Source: Macrostomum lignano
Taxonomy: Eukaryota
Assembly (NCBI GenBank): GCA_002269645.1
Contig: NIVC01001298.1
Span: 1-64,000, forward strand
Length of the DNA: 64,000 nt
Direction: 5' to 3'
Shown: positions 1 to 10,130 of the stretch, one piece after another
How the letters are laid out: each line of letters starts with the position of its first letter
How positions within the stretch are numbered: the stretch's first letter is position 1
The notes under the pieces: generated by a model
What the model was told of the DNA's origin: nothing
Database searches by the model: none
Seen by the model: the letters and a program-made list of their open reading frames with translations, nothing else
Position numbers and translations under genes: made by a program

Positions 1-67
1 GGACGGCATTCATTGCGCATTAAGAAGACGCAGACTTCTCTGGGCGAGCAGTATCACAGATCCCCAG
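1..67 (+). CDS. hAT-transposase-derived gene, first visible exon (5' partial)
   Basis: Open frame from nt 2 (DGIHCALRRRRLLWASSITDPQ) ends at CAG|GTTTGT donor at 67/68 and splices in phase 0 to the exon at 1491. Confidence 0.55.
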
Positions 68-94
68 GTTTGTGCTTGGGTGGAGGGGCAGCGG

Positions 95-1446
95 AGACTC
101 AGTGAGGGATCTGCAGTATGGGGAAACTCAGTGAGGGATCTGCAGTATGTGGAGACTCAGTGAGGGATCTGCAGTATGGGGAGACTCAGTGAGGGGATCT
201 GCAGTATGTGGAGACTCAGTGAGGGATCTGCAGTATGGGAGACTCAGTGAGGGATCTGCAGGATGGGGAAATCAGTGAGGATCTGCAGTATGGGGAGACT
301 CAGTGAGGGATCTGCAGTATGGGGAGACTCAGTGAGGGATCTGCAGGATGGGGAAATCAGTGAGGGATCTGCAGGTTGGGGAGACTCAGTGAGGGATCTG
401 CAGGATGGGGAAATCAGTGAGGGATCTGCAGGTTGGGGAGACTCAGTGAAGGATCTGCAGTATGGGGAGACTCAGTGAGCGGATCTGCAGTATGGGGAAA
501 TCAGTGAGGGATCTGCAGTATGTGGAGACTCAGTGAGGGATCTGCAGTATGGGGAGACTCAGTGAGGGATCTGCAGTATGTGGAGACTCAGTGAGGGATC
601 TGCAGTATGGGGAGACTCAGTGAGGGATCTGCAGGATGGGGAAATCAGTGAGGGATCTGCAGTATGGGGAGACTCAGTGAGGGATCTGCAGTATGGGGAG
701 ACTCAGTGAGGGATCTGCAGGATGGGGAAATCAGTGAGGGATCTGCAGGTTGGGGAGACTCAGTGAGGGATCTGCAGGATGGGGAAATCAGTGAGGGATC
801 TGCAGGTTGGGGAGACTCAGTGAAGGATCTGCAGTATGGGGAGACTCAGTGAGGGATCTGCAGTATGGGGAAATCAGTGAGGGATCTGCAGGATGGGGAA
901 ATCAGTGAGGGATCTGCAGGTTGGAGACTCAGTGAGGATCTGCAGGATGGGGAAATCAGTGAGGATCTGCAGGTTGACTCAGTGAGGGATCTGCAGTATG
1001 GGGAGACTCAGTGAGGGATCTGCAGTATGGGGAAATCAGTGAGGATCTGCAGGATAGGGAAATCAGTGAGGGATCTGCAGGTTGGGGAGACTCAGTGAGG
1101 GATCTGCAGTATGTGGAGACTCAGTGAGGGATCTGCAGTATGGGGAGACTCAGTGAGGGATCTGCAGTATGGGGAGACTCAGTGGGGATCTGCAGGATGG
1201 GGAAATCAGTGAGGGATCTGCAGGTTGGGGAGACTCAGTGAGGGATCTGCAGTATGGGGAGACTCAGTGAGGGATCTGCAGTATGGGGAAATCAGTGAGG
1301 GATCTGCAGGTTGGGGAAATCAGTGAGGGATCTGCAGGTTGGGGAAATCAGTGAGGGATCTGCAGGTTGGGGAAATCAGTGAGGGATCTGCAGTATGGGG
1401 AAATCAGTGAGGGATCTGCAGGTTGGGGAAATCAGTGAGGGATCTG
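95..1446. repeat. Intronic minisatellite, 29-bp unit CTCAGTGAGGGATCTGCAGTATGGGGAGA
   Basis: Direct tandem repetition, roughly 46 units. Confidence 0.95.
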
Positions 1447-1490
1447 GGACGAGAGGGGGCAGCGAGCCATTCGAGCATTGACAGCCGCAG

Positions 1491-1701
1491 GACCTCCCAA
1501 CAACTGTTGTCAGGTCGGTGATCGAGCTGTTCCTGAAGCTGTGCCCAGTATGTGCCAAGCGCCTGCAGTCTTATCGCATCTTCACTAACAGTCTGAAAGA
1601 GGAAGGCCTATACAATAAGCACAGACAGAGCGCTCTGAAAGCTATCGAGCAAAGAGAACAGGCCTACCTAACTAGCATCTCTGAGGATGCTTGCATCGGC
1701 T
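1491..1701 (+). CDS. hAT-transposase-derived gene, exon with CxxC (VIELFLKLCPVCAK)
   Basis: Acceptor CCGCAG| at 1490, donor T|GTGAGT at 1702. Frame matches ORF 1518..1736; 211 nt, phase 1, compatible with the next exon. Confidence 0.75.
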
Positions 1702-1946
1702 GTGAGTTGCGTTTCATATTGTTCTCATGTGTTTAGTCAAAATCGAATTTATTCTAATACTATCGCCTAAAAATTCCTAGAAATTCGTTTAAAAACTCCT
1801 AAAAAATCAGTTATCAATTCCTAGAAAATGGCCTATCAATTCCTAGAAATCGCCTATCGATTCTTAGAAATCGCCCATCAATTCCTAGAAAATCGTCTTA
1901 AAATTCCTAGAAATTCGTTTAATAGCCCCTTCACCCCCCTACGCAG

Positions 1947-2365
1947 CCGACCCCATCAGCCAGGCCGGCCTATCCGACTTTCCCGTTCTCGGCGGCGCCT
2001 CAGTCCTGGCATCGGTCACCTCCGGCTCCGCGGGCACCCCGACCAAGCCGACGCTGACCTGCCTCCCGCTCCCCACCGGTGTCCGAACTTCCTCTTCGGG
2101 TGCATCGGCGGCAGCAGCTGATTCTGCCGCTTTGGCGGCCGCCGTCGATACTCCTGCCTTGAGCATGGAGACTCTGAGAAATCTGTCCGTCACTCACCTG
2201 TACCCCACCGACGTGTTGCAGCAGCTGTGCGGTCCCCAGCACGAATTGGTGCTGAACCTGGAAGAGGACGTTTTGAAAACTTCTAATCCTACTGCCGTGT
2301 CCGCCACCCACTGGACTGTGTCTGGCGGCCAGATTGCCGTTAGCGTGTTTGGCTACAATCCTAAG
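1947..2365 (+). CDS. hAT-transposase-derived gene, exon containing the degenerate first catalytic motif (SATHWTV)
   Basis: Acceptor ACGCAG| at 1946, donor AAG|GTGGGC at 2366. Open throughout in the frame of ORF 2132..2380. Confidence 0.75.
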
Positions 2366-2396
2366 GTGGGCCTTTGCTGACCTGCCACTGCCCATG

Positions 2397-2960
2397 CTAC
2401 TTTGGTGACCTCCTTTGTCCCCTATGGTACTTGAATGAGCTCATTTGTCCCCTATGGTACTTTAGTGAGCTCATTTGTCCCCTATGGTACTTTAGTGACC
2501 TCATTTGTCCCCTATGGTAATTTAGTGACCTCATTTGTCCCCTATGGTACTTTAGTGAGCTCATTTGTCCCCTATGGTACTTTAGTGAGCTCATTTGTCC
2601 CCTATGGTACTTTAGTGACCTCATTTGTCCCCTATGGTACTTTAGTGAGCTCATTTGTCCCCTATGGTACTTTGGTGACCTCATTTGTCCCCTATGGTAC
2701 TTTAGTGACCTCATTTGTCCCCTATGGTAATTTAGTGACCTCATTTGTCCCGTATGATACTTTAGTGAGCTCATTTGTCCCCTATGGTAATTTAGTGACT
2801 TCATTTATCCCATATAGTAATTTAGTGACCTACTTTGTTCCCTATGGTACTTTGGTAACCTCCTTTGGCTCCCCTAATTTTTTAGTGACCTCGTTTGTCC
2901 CCCATGGTGACCTTTGTTTCCTATGGTAATTTTTTTGACCTGTGACGCCCATGTTACATT
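2397..2960. repeat. Intronic minisatellite, 30-bp unit TTTAGTGACCTCATTTGTCCCCTATGGTAC
   Basis: Tandem repetition with degenerating distal units. Confidence 0.95.
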
Positions 2961-3088
2961 GTTGACCTCCTGCACATATTACCCTATAGTACATTGGTGA
3001 CCCCCTGTGTCCCATGATACTTTAGTGACCTATCACAAGCCGTGGTTCTACAGCCACTCTAAATGAACCACCCGCTACTCCGCTCCAG

Positions 3089-3958
3089 ATTGACGGTGTA
3101 CTATACGTGGGCTCCTACCCGCTCATAGCCGAGACTGACATCGTCAGCTTCATTCGCCTCATCCCGGGCCTGGAGTCGGCCATGGGCATGCCCATGACGC
3201 TCAGCCTGACAGAGGAAGAACTTCAAGCGATGTCCTACGTGGAGTATCAGCAGGACAATATCCTAGTGGTGCCGTGTTTCGTGTCCGCCTTGAGCTTCTC
3301 AGTAAACCGATCTCTGAGAGAATACGCCCCGTTTGTTGGCGAGAAGGTGCAGCAGTTCCTGCTCAGCGGGGTGCCGGAGCCTGAAAAAGCATTTCAGCCC
3401 GGCCTGACCCAGCAGTTCTGCCGACTGTCTGTCTACATGGGCCAGATGAACGTCCACGGAGCTCTGAACACTCAAGAGCTGGTGATTGTGCATCACTACC
3501 TGCAGCTAGTGACCTCCTATACTCAGGAACTCACCCAGCTGGGCAGCTCGCATGACTTTCTACCTCTGGCCTCCACCATCTCTCTGTTGAAAGATCTGGA
3601 AAATCTGCTTGCCTCGAGTCCGTACTCTGAGCAGCCTCTGTTCCGGTTGCTAACGGATACTCTGCTAGTGTCGCTGCGCGATATCTATTTAAAGAATCGG
3701 CGATTGAGAACACTGCTCAGCCTGTGCGCTGTGCTGCATCCGAAATTCAAGGACAGCGGCGAGAGGCACTACGATCAGGCTGAGGTTGACGAGCTTATTG
3801 AATACCTGTGCCAGCAGAATCATCTGGCATTCTGCGAGACTCGACAGGTGCTAATTGATGACCAGTGCATGACTGTGCTGGTCAAGCGGCCTGTTGCCGA
3901 GATCTATGCCAAAGTGAAGGAGCAGCTCAATAGAGCTTTGATTACCTATAGAGAGCAG
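3089..3958 (+). CDS. hAT-transposase-derived gene, core exon (RNase H-like/insertion domain)
   Basis: Acceptor CTCCAG| at 3088, donor CAG|GTTTGT at 3959, 290 codons. Motifs VPCFVSALSFSV (cf. hAT CxxHxLNL) and LCAVLHPKFK (cf. hAT LDPRFK). Confidence 0.8.
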
Positions 3959-4169
3959 GTTTGTAATGCTTATAGTGTTGGTGCTTTAGTGTTTTAATCA
4001 AGCTTGTCTTAGTGCATATCAGCATGATCTCAGTGTGAAACATAACATCCATTCCCCTGCCATGTGTCTCTTTGTGAATCGCCTTTGAACTAATTTTGCA
4101 GTTTGCCTGACCTTGGCTCTTTTAGCATTTATTTGCTGGCTCAGAAATCCCTGAATAATCACCCAGAAG

Positions 4170-4325
4170 TCCATGAATAGCCCTGAAATACCCTAAAGAA
4201 TCGTCCTGAAATACCCTAAAGAATCGCCCTGAAATACCTTAAAGAATCGCCCTGAAATACTCTAAAGAATCACCCTGAAATACCCTAAAGAATCGCCCTG
4301 AAATACCCTAAAGAATCGCCCTGAA
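4170..4325. repeat. Intronic minisatellite, 23-bp unit CGCCCTGAAATACCCTAAAGAAT
   Basis: About 6 tandem units. Confidence 0.9.
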
Positions 4326-4386
4326 TTTCAACAGTGTTATTATTTTAGGTTAAAAAAGCTATCTATACCGTGTACAACTCATACAG

Positions 4387-4611
4387 GTCTGCTCCTGGCG
4401 CACATTCTGGGAGCACAAGAGCACCACTATTCCTCATCTGTGGCGATTTCTGCAACATCTGCTTGTGCTGCCTGTCACGGCCGCGCCGCCCAGTAAACTG
4501 TTGACTACCAAGTTTCAGCGGCGACTATCAGCTCTGCAGCCTGAGCAGTTGCACGCGCAGTTGAGATTGCATTTTAACTCCAAGCCGTACGGCGTACTAC
4601 CGGCACAGTGA
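4387..4611 (+). CDS. hAT-transposase-derived gene, last exon: hAT C-terminal dimerisation domain
   Basis: Not in the ORF track. Acceptor ATACAG| at 4386; translates VCSWRTFWEHKSTTIPHLWRFLQHLLVLPVTAAPPSKLLTTKFQRRLSALQPEQLHAQLRLHFNSKPYGVLPAQ-stop (TGA 4609-4611). Matches the W..P.L..L.lP.T...R..L.P.......N pattern of the hAT dimerisation domain. Confidence 0.8.
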   Translation, partial: VCSWRTFWEHKSTTIPHLWRFLQHLLVLPVTAAPPSKLLTTKFQRRLSALQPEQLHAQLRLHFNSKPYGVLPAQ

Positions 4612-4699
4612 CAGCTGATACTGTAGTGAAACTTCTCTGACCAACTGTAGTTAAAGGAAGATGCGAAAAGTTTGTGACATTTGTTGTACTTCATGTTCA

Positions 4700-5535
4700 T
4701 TTTGGTGACCCCCCACTGACCCACGGTTCTTTAGTGACCTACCACTGACCTACGGTTCTTTAGTGACCTACCACTGACCTACGGTTCTTTAGTGACCTAC
4801 CACTGACCTACGGTTCTTTAGTGACCTACCACTGACCGACGGTTTTTGGTGACCTACCACGGACCCACGGTTCTTTGGTGACCTACCACTGACCCACGGT
4901 CCTTTGGTGACCTACCACTGACCCACGGTTCTTTGGTGACCTACCACTGACCCACGATTCTTTGGTGACCTACCACTGGCCCACGATTCTTTAGTGACCT
5001 ACCACTGACCCACGGTTCTTTGGTGACCTACCACTGACCCACGGTTCTTTGGTGACCTACCACTGGCCTACGGTTCTTTGGTGACCTACCACTGACCCAT
5101 GGTTCTTTGGTGACACCCCGCTGACCCACGGTTCTTAAGTGACCTCCCACTGACCCACGGTTCTTTAGTGACCTACCACTGACCCACGATTCTTTGGTGA
5201 CCTACCACTGACCCACGGTTCTTTGGTGACCTACCACTGACCTACGGTTCTTTGGTGACCTACCACTGACCTACGGTTCTTTGGTGACCTACCACTGACC
5301 TACGGTTCTTTGGTGACCTACCACTGACCCATGGTCCTTTGGTGACACCCCGCTGACCCACGGTTCTTAAGTGACCTCCCACTGACCACGGTTCTTTAGT
5401 GACCTACCACTGACCCACGATTCTTTGGTGACCTACCACTGGCCCACGGTTCTTTGGTGACCTACCACTGACCTACGGTTCTCTGGTGACCTACCACTGA
5501 CCCATGGTCCTTTGGTGGTCTGCTACTGACCCACG
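4700..5535. repeat. Minisatellite, 29-bp unit GGTGACCTACCACTGACCCACGGTTCTTT
   Basis: Tandem array downstream of the stop codon at 4611. Confidence 0.95.
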
Positions 5536-6427
5536 GTTCTTCTTCTTCCCTAAGTCCACATCACGGTCCTTGAGTCACAAGCCATCGGTAAGAAGGTATC
5601 CACGATTTCAATTTTCGTGTCCTATTTTTACTACTATTAGTAAATTCAAAAGTTGTTTAGGAAAGGCCTGCATTTTATATTTAACTGCGTTCCTGGAAGT
5701 TCCTCAAAGTAATAAATATTACTACAAAGCCATCTTTGTACTACTCGTATTGTGGCTGCTTTCATATTCTCAATCTAATAAGTTTCTAAGTGTAAATATT
5801 GTTAATTAATTTATATTATTTATAGTCCTTCCTGTCTGCATTGTTGTTCGTGTGTCGGGTGTACTTTTAAATGCTTCAACTGTTATTATTCCTAAATTGT
5901 ACTGGCATCTTAACTCTTCAACCCTGGCGGATGCGTTAGCTATAGATCTATAGATACTACTCGTGAACAAGTCGGAATTATTTTTCTTTGAAAAGCGCAT
6001 CTGAAAATTTCTTTCTACATGCGTAAATGCAGTAATAATCTCTTAATTATGAAACTGTGTGCAATTTCTTCGGCTCATGCAATAAACTCAACAACCATCT
6101 TAGTTATTATAATGAAACTACAACCCAAAAAGCCTGTGTACTGCTATTCTGAAGTAATTTGCTGTATTGACTTTGAAATTTTTATCTGAAAATAAATTAA
6201 CACAAAACACCATTTGAATGCCTTGCTGTGCATTTTGGCTCAGGGGGCGAGGCTGCTATGCTTGGTTTAAAGCAACATTTCTGCTATCGGTTTGTTTTTC
6301 CGGCCTGTTTAACTGGTTACACAATCAGGTATTTCTTCAGGTGAAACAGGAGTAAAAATCAACCTGAAGATGCCTATTGGAGTTTAACAACGTGCCTTGG
6401 GTCCTGCTCATTGCCCCTTTCCGGCAC

Positions 6428-7150
6428 TTAGTTGCTGAACTTCACCCAGTCGTCGCTGGTCTCAATCGACTCCTCAACTGGGGTGTCGGTGAACTGCAGC
6501 AGGCGGCACAGCTTCAGTTTGCTGTTGTACAGCACGTGTCTGCAGCTGCCCGAACTCATGGCTTCAGTGATGCATTTGATTTCATTGTCCACCTGCATCA
6601 GGTCTTTGTAGCAGTACTCGGAGCTGGGATTGTAGCTGGTTCGCTTGAACGGCGTCTTCTGCCAGGAGGTCGCAGCCGATGTCGGAGGTGCTGCACCCGG
6701 AGCCCATTCGCAGGCACAGCCTAACCGAGCAGAGCACAGGTAATTAGCGAGAAGGCCTCCGTCTTTGAGCAGTACGCAGTTTTCAGAGGCCGGTCCGTTA
6801 GGCTCGGTTCCTTGCCACATCGACTCGTTCAGTGGCAGGATGCCGTTGCCGTTGATCAGCTGCCAGCCCGACCTGCTTGAGTCTCTCTCGTCAGCCATGT
6901 CAGTCACTCCAAGCCAGAAGTAGCATCCGGTGCAGCTCAGACCGGGCATGCTGTTCAGCAGCTTCAGCGAGTTGTAGGAGTTGATCAGCTCGCCTCCGAT
7001 GGCTGCACACTGCCTGTTGGCAGAGCACCAGCTGTGAGCTTGCGTATTGTTAGCGAAGATGCACCTGCCCGCCTCGACGCTAAATGGAGCCGGGCAAGCC
7101 AGCACTAGAGCATGCAGAGTGCTCAGCAGCAGAAGAGCCTGTTGCAGCAT
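6428..7150 (-). CDS. Secreted C-type lectin domain + PAN/Apple-like protein, copy 1 (240 aa)
   Basis: The ATG at 7150 gives the signal peptide MLQQALLLLSTLHALVLA. CTLD motifs (C..IGGEL, FWLGVTD, W.GTEPNG..ENCV, C...LGCACE) are followed by a Cys-spaced PAN-like domain (C..A....CRHVLYNSKLKLCRL). Intronless. The ORF-track start at 7318 is probably too far upstream. Confidence 0.88.
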   Translation of the reverse strand: MLQQALLLLSTLHALVLACPAPFSVEAGRCIFANNTQAHSWCSANRQCAAIGGELINSYNSLKLLNSMPGLSCTGCYFWLGVTDMADERDSSRSGWQLINGNGILPLNESMWQGTEPNGPASENCVLLKDGGLLANYLCSARLGCACEWAPGAAPPTSAATSWQKTPFKRTSYNPSSEYCYKDLMQVDNEIKCITEAMSSGSCRHVLYNSKLKLCRLLQFTDTPVEESIETSDDWVKFSN

Positions 7151-7914
7151 TACGAGGCGTATTGAACACCCACCTGTCTTAACGGTGTTCGATGGCTCTT
7201 GGAATCTACATATAAGCGTTTTGAGTCTTGGTATTGTCCCAATTAAATGCGCTAGCGCTTCCTCCCCCTTCTCTCCACCTTGCCTCTTCTCCCCTTCTCT
7301 CCACCTTTGTTTCATCATCTTGGTTTTACCTATACACTAGCGTTGCTATGGTTACCGGGTGCGATACACTGTATATTACAGCGACAAGTATGTACGTAAA
7401 TGCAATGCGAGAATCTATGCAACAAGTCTATGCTGTTTTTCGCGTCGCATTGGTTGGTTCGCTTAAACCTATGCTGATGATTCATTATTTACCAGAATAA
7501 GTAATTGCAGCTAGGGAGCTTCATTGTTTCAGACTCCGCGGGGTGTAGTCAGGAATTTTTGGAGCCCCGCTGCCACCGCCTCCCCTGCTCAGACTATAGA
7601 ATCGTCTTTTAAGCAGATTGAAGGCAGGCAGCCCAATTAGATGCCAATTTTTTTCTTTAACTTTGATGAGTCCGTCTTGACAAGCAGGGATGTCAAACAT
7701 GGCACGATGCGCGGCTGCTCATTAAAACTCATCTCAGTTCCTTCTCCTCATCGAGATGCCTGGACGCTGTATATAATTTGCCTCTGAATAATAAAACTGC
7801 ATCCACAGGAATTATGTAGCTCACAGTTTTGGCCCTTATCGCGCGTCACTCTCCCAGCCTAGCAACTGCACTTAAAAAACTCGGTGCTTTGCCTTGTTAC
7901 TGAAAGTAGGTAGT

Positions 7915-8450
7915 TTAGAATTTATGCATCAGAACTCCCTGGGTTGCCGTCGTTTGACTTCTACGAATCTGACGAAATTTATGCGAGCCAATGGAAAACT
8001 CCCCAACGAACTCACCCAGCAAATCTATATGACACAACTATTGGCAACCTGGAGCCTCTGCCCTCGATTCGTGTTCCTCTTCCACACGCGGCTTCACTTA
8101 GCAGGGAGATACTGGACTCAGAATCTAGCAAGCATGCCATACTACTTGTTCTGCCTTCTAATATCACGTCGACAAAACCAAGGTCTGTACCTTGTGTGGG
8201 TTGGCTCGGTGCGCTAGCTGGGTGCATGGACGGCCCTTTCTCGAGGTCCCCTGCCCATTTCCCATCTGCTGCTGGTCTGACTGCATCTGGTAGCATCTTG
8301 ACTTCACATGGTCTGGTTTCTTGCAGTAGCTATCAGACAAATGTGTTTCAGCACTGACGGGTCACGTGAGTGGTCTCAAAACATCGACCACATTGGACAG
8401 TTCTTTGAGCTGGTGTTGCAGCCTGGGCAGGTTGGTGATTAGGGTTGGTG
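7915..8450 (-). mobile_element. Decayed Ty3/Gypsy-type LTR retrotransposon fragment (gag zinc knuckles + aspartic protease)
   Basis: The minus strand encodes CGRCFETTHVTRQC (intact CX2CX4HX4C, 8351-8392), a damaged second knuckle (xSYCKKPDHVKSRC) and, in an overlapping frame, FVDVILEGRTSSMACLLDSESSISLL (cf. protease LLDSG). Stops and frameshifts are present. Confidence 0.75.
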
Positions 8451-9401
8451 CTCACGATAGCGGACTCCAGTTCCCGGTCCAGCCTTCAGGACTTGCAGAC
8501 CCGATTTGCCAGCGACTTTTAATAGACTTTCGAAACGTTAGTAAATACCTGTCAATGGAAACCAAAGGAAACCTCAGTTTTTCAAATCAGGGTTGGTTTC
8601 ATTTAAGGATAAACACTGAATGTTTTTGTTATTTGGGTTGCTTAATTTTTAGGATCTACGCTTTAAGCTCATTATATTTTCCTTGCTATACGCTCGCTGC
8701 AGACCTCTAAAATATCATACCTACCTGTAGAGTCGTGAGTCCCGTGGTTTAGTCTACTGGCTTATTCTGATCTGTCGTTTGTCTTTGTGGCTACTGGTTT
8801 TAGCTGGTAGTTCGAACCAGGTTCTGGCTTTGGTTCGTCTTATTCTCTAATTAATCCTAATATGATAGTTTAAAGAAAGGAGACAAGAATCCAAAGATGT
8901 ATTAATTTGAGAGATGTAAAACAGGCTTGCAATAGGTTTACAAGTAGCTCGTATTATACCCTTAGGTTTTTTATTTGATAAGTTGGGCCATAGACTAATT
9001 ATTACCCTGCGCTTCAGCCCTAGGGAGGGCTCTTACGCAAATAGTATATTTTAAGTTCGATGTTTGTAAAATAAGTTTAGTCCAATTATTCAGTTCAAGT
9101 ATTACTTGAGTGTAATAGTGTATTAACTGCTAAGGGCAATGACTACTCGTAGAAACTCCCAAAAACTCAGTCCATCCCCATCACAAATATTTCCCAAGCT
9201 TGAACCTACTGGTAGTAGGATAAACAACGTGACGCATGCGGTTTTATTAGGTGAAAAAAACAGGATGCTAATTAACAGCTTCATTTTAATTGGGCAGTTT
9301 TGTCTCACACATCTGGACCTTCAGTCAGATTGATTAAACGCGAACCGTCAGAGCAGTTAAAATACATGCATTCTTAGCATTAACTCGAAAGTTCGACTAG
9401 A

Positions 9402-10130
9402 TTAGTTGCTGAACTTCACCCAGTCGTCGCTGGTCTCAATCGACTCCTCAACTGGGGTGTCGGTGAACTGCAGCAGGCGGCACAGCTTCAGCTTGCTGTT
9501 GTACAGCACGTGTCTGCAGCTGCCCGACCTCGTGGCGGCCGCGGTGCACTTGATTGCATTGTCCACCTGCATCATGTCTTTGTAGCAGTACTCGGAACTG
9601 GGATTGTAGCTGGTTCGCTTGAACGGCGTCTTCTGCCAGGAGGTTGCAGCCGATGTCGGAGCTGCTGCACCCGGAGCCCATTCGCAGGCACAGCCTAACC
9701 GAGCAGAGCACAGGTAATTAGCGAGAAGGCCTCCGTCTTTGAGCAGTACGCAATTTTCAGAGGCCGGTCCGTTAGGCTCGGTTCCTTGCCACATCGACTC
9801 GTTCAGAGGCAGGATGCCGTTGCCGTTGATCAGCTGCCAGCCCGACCTGCTTGAGTCTCTCTCGTCAGCCATGTCAGTCACTCCAAGCCACAGGAGGCAG
9901 CCGGGGCAGCTGCTCACACCGGGCATGCTGGTGAGCAGCTTCAACGAGCTGTAGAAGTTGATGAGCTCGCCTCCGATATCTGCACACCGCCTGGCCGCAG
10001 CGCACCAGGTGTGAGCCATCCGACTGTCAATGAAGACGCACCGGCCCGCCTGGAGACTGAATGGAGCCGGGCAAGCCAGCACCGTCACAAGTAGTGATGA
10101 GCCTAGCAACAGGAGCCTCTGTGGCAGCAT
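9402..10130 (-). CDS. Secreted C-type lectin domain + PAN/Apple-like protein, copy 2 (242 aa)
   Basis: ATG-initiated ORF with a signal peptide and the same CTLD+PAN layout; paralog of 6428..7150. Confidence 0.9.
   Translation of the reverse strand: MLPQRLLLLGSSLLVTVLACPAPFSLQAGRCVFIDSRMAHTWCAAARRCADIGGELINFYSSLKLLTSMPGVSSCPGCLLWLGVTDMADERDSSRSGWQLINGNGILPLNESMWQGTEPNGPASENCVLLKDGGLLANYLCSARLGCACEWAPGAAAPTSAATSWQKTPFKRTSYNPSSEYCYKDMMQVDNAIKCTAAATRSGSCRHVLYNSKLKLCRLLQFTDTPVEESIETSDDWVKFSN

Noticed and set aside
3959-3997. ORF-track C-terminus VCNAYSVGALVF-stop
   Set aside because: A donor at 3959 and an in-frame exon at 4387 supply the expected hAT dimerisation domain; the read-through is intronic.
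7151-7318. N-terminal extension of lectin copy 1 in the ORF track (296 aa)
   Set aside because: The paralog and the signal peptide both start at the Met equivalent to 7150.
8720-8830. Possible SINE/tRNA A- and B-box (TGGTTTAGT ... GTTCGAACC)
   Set aside because: Spacing is too long and there is no similarity to the SINE family in this window; it may instead be LTR-like sequence of the Gypsy relic.
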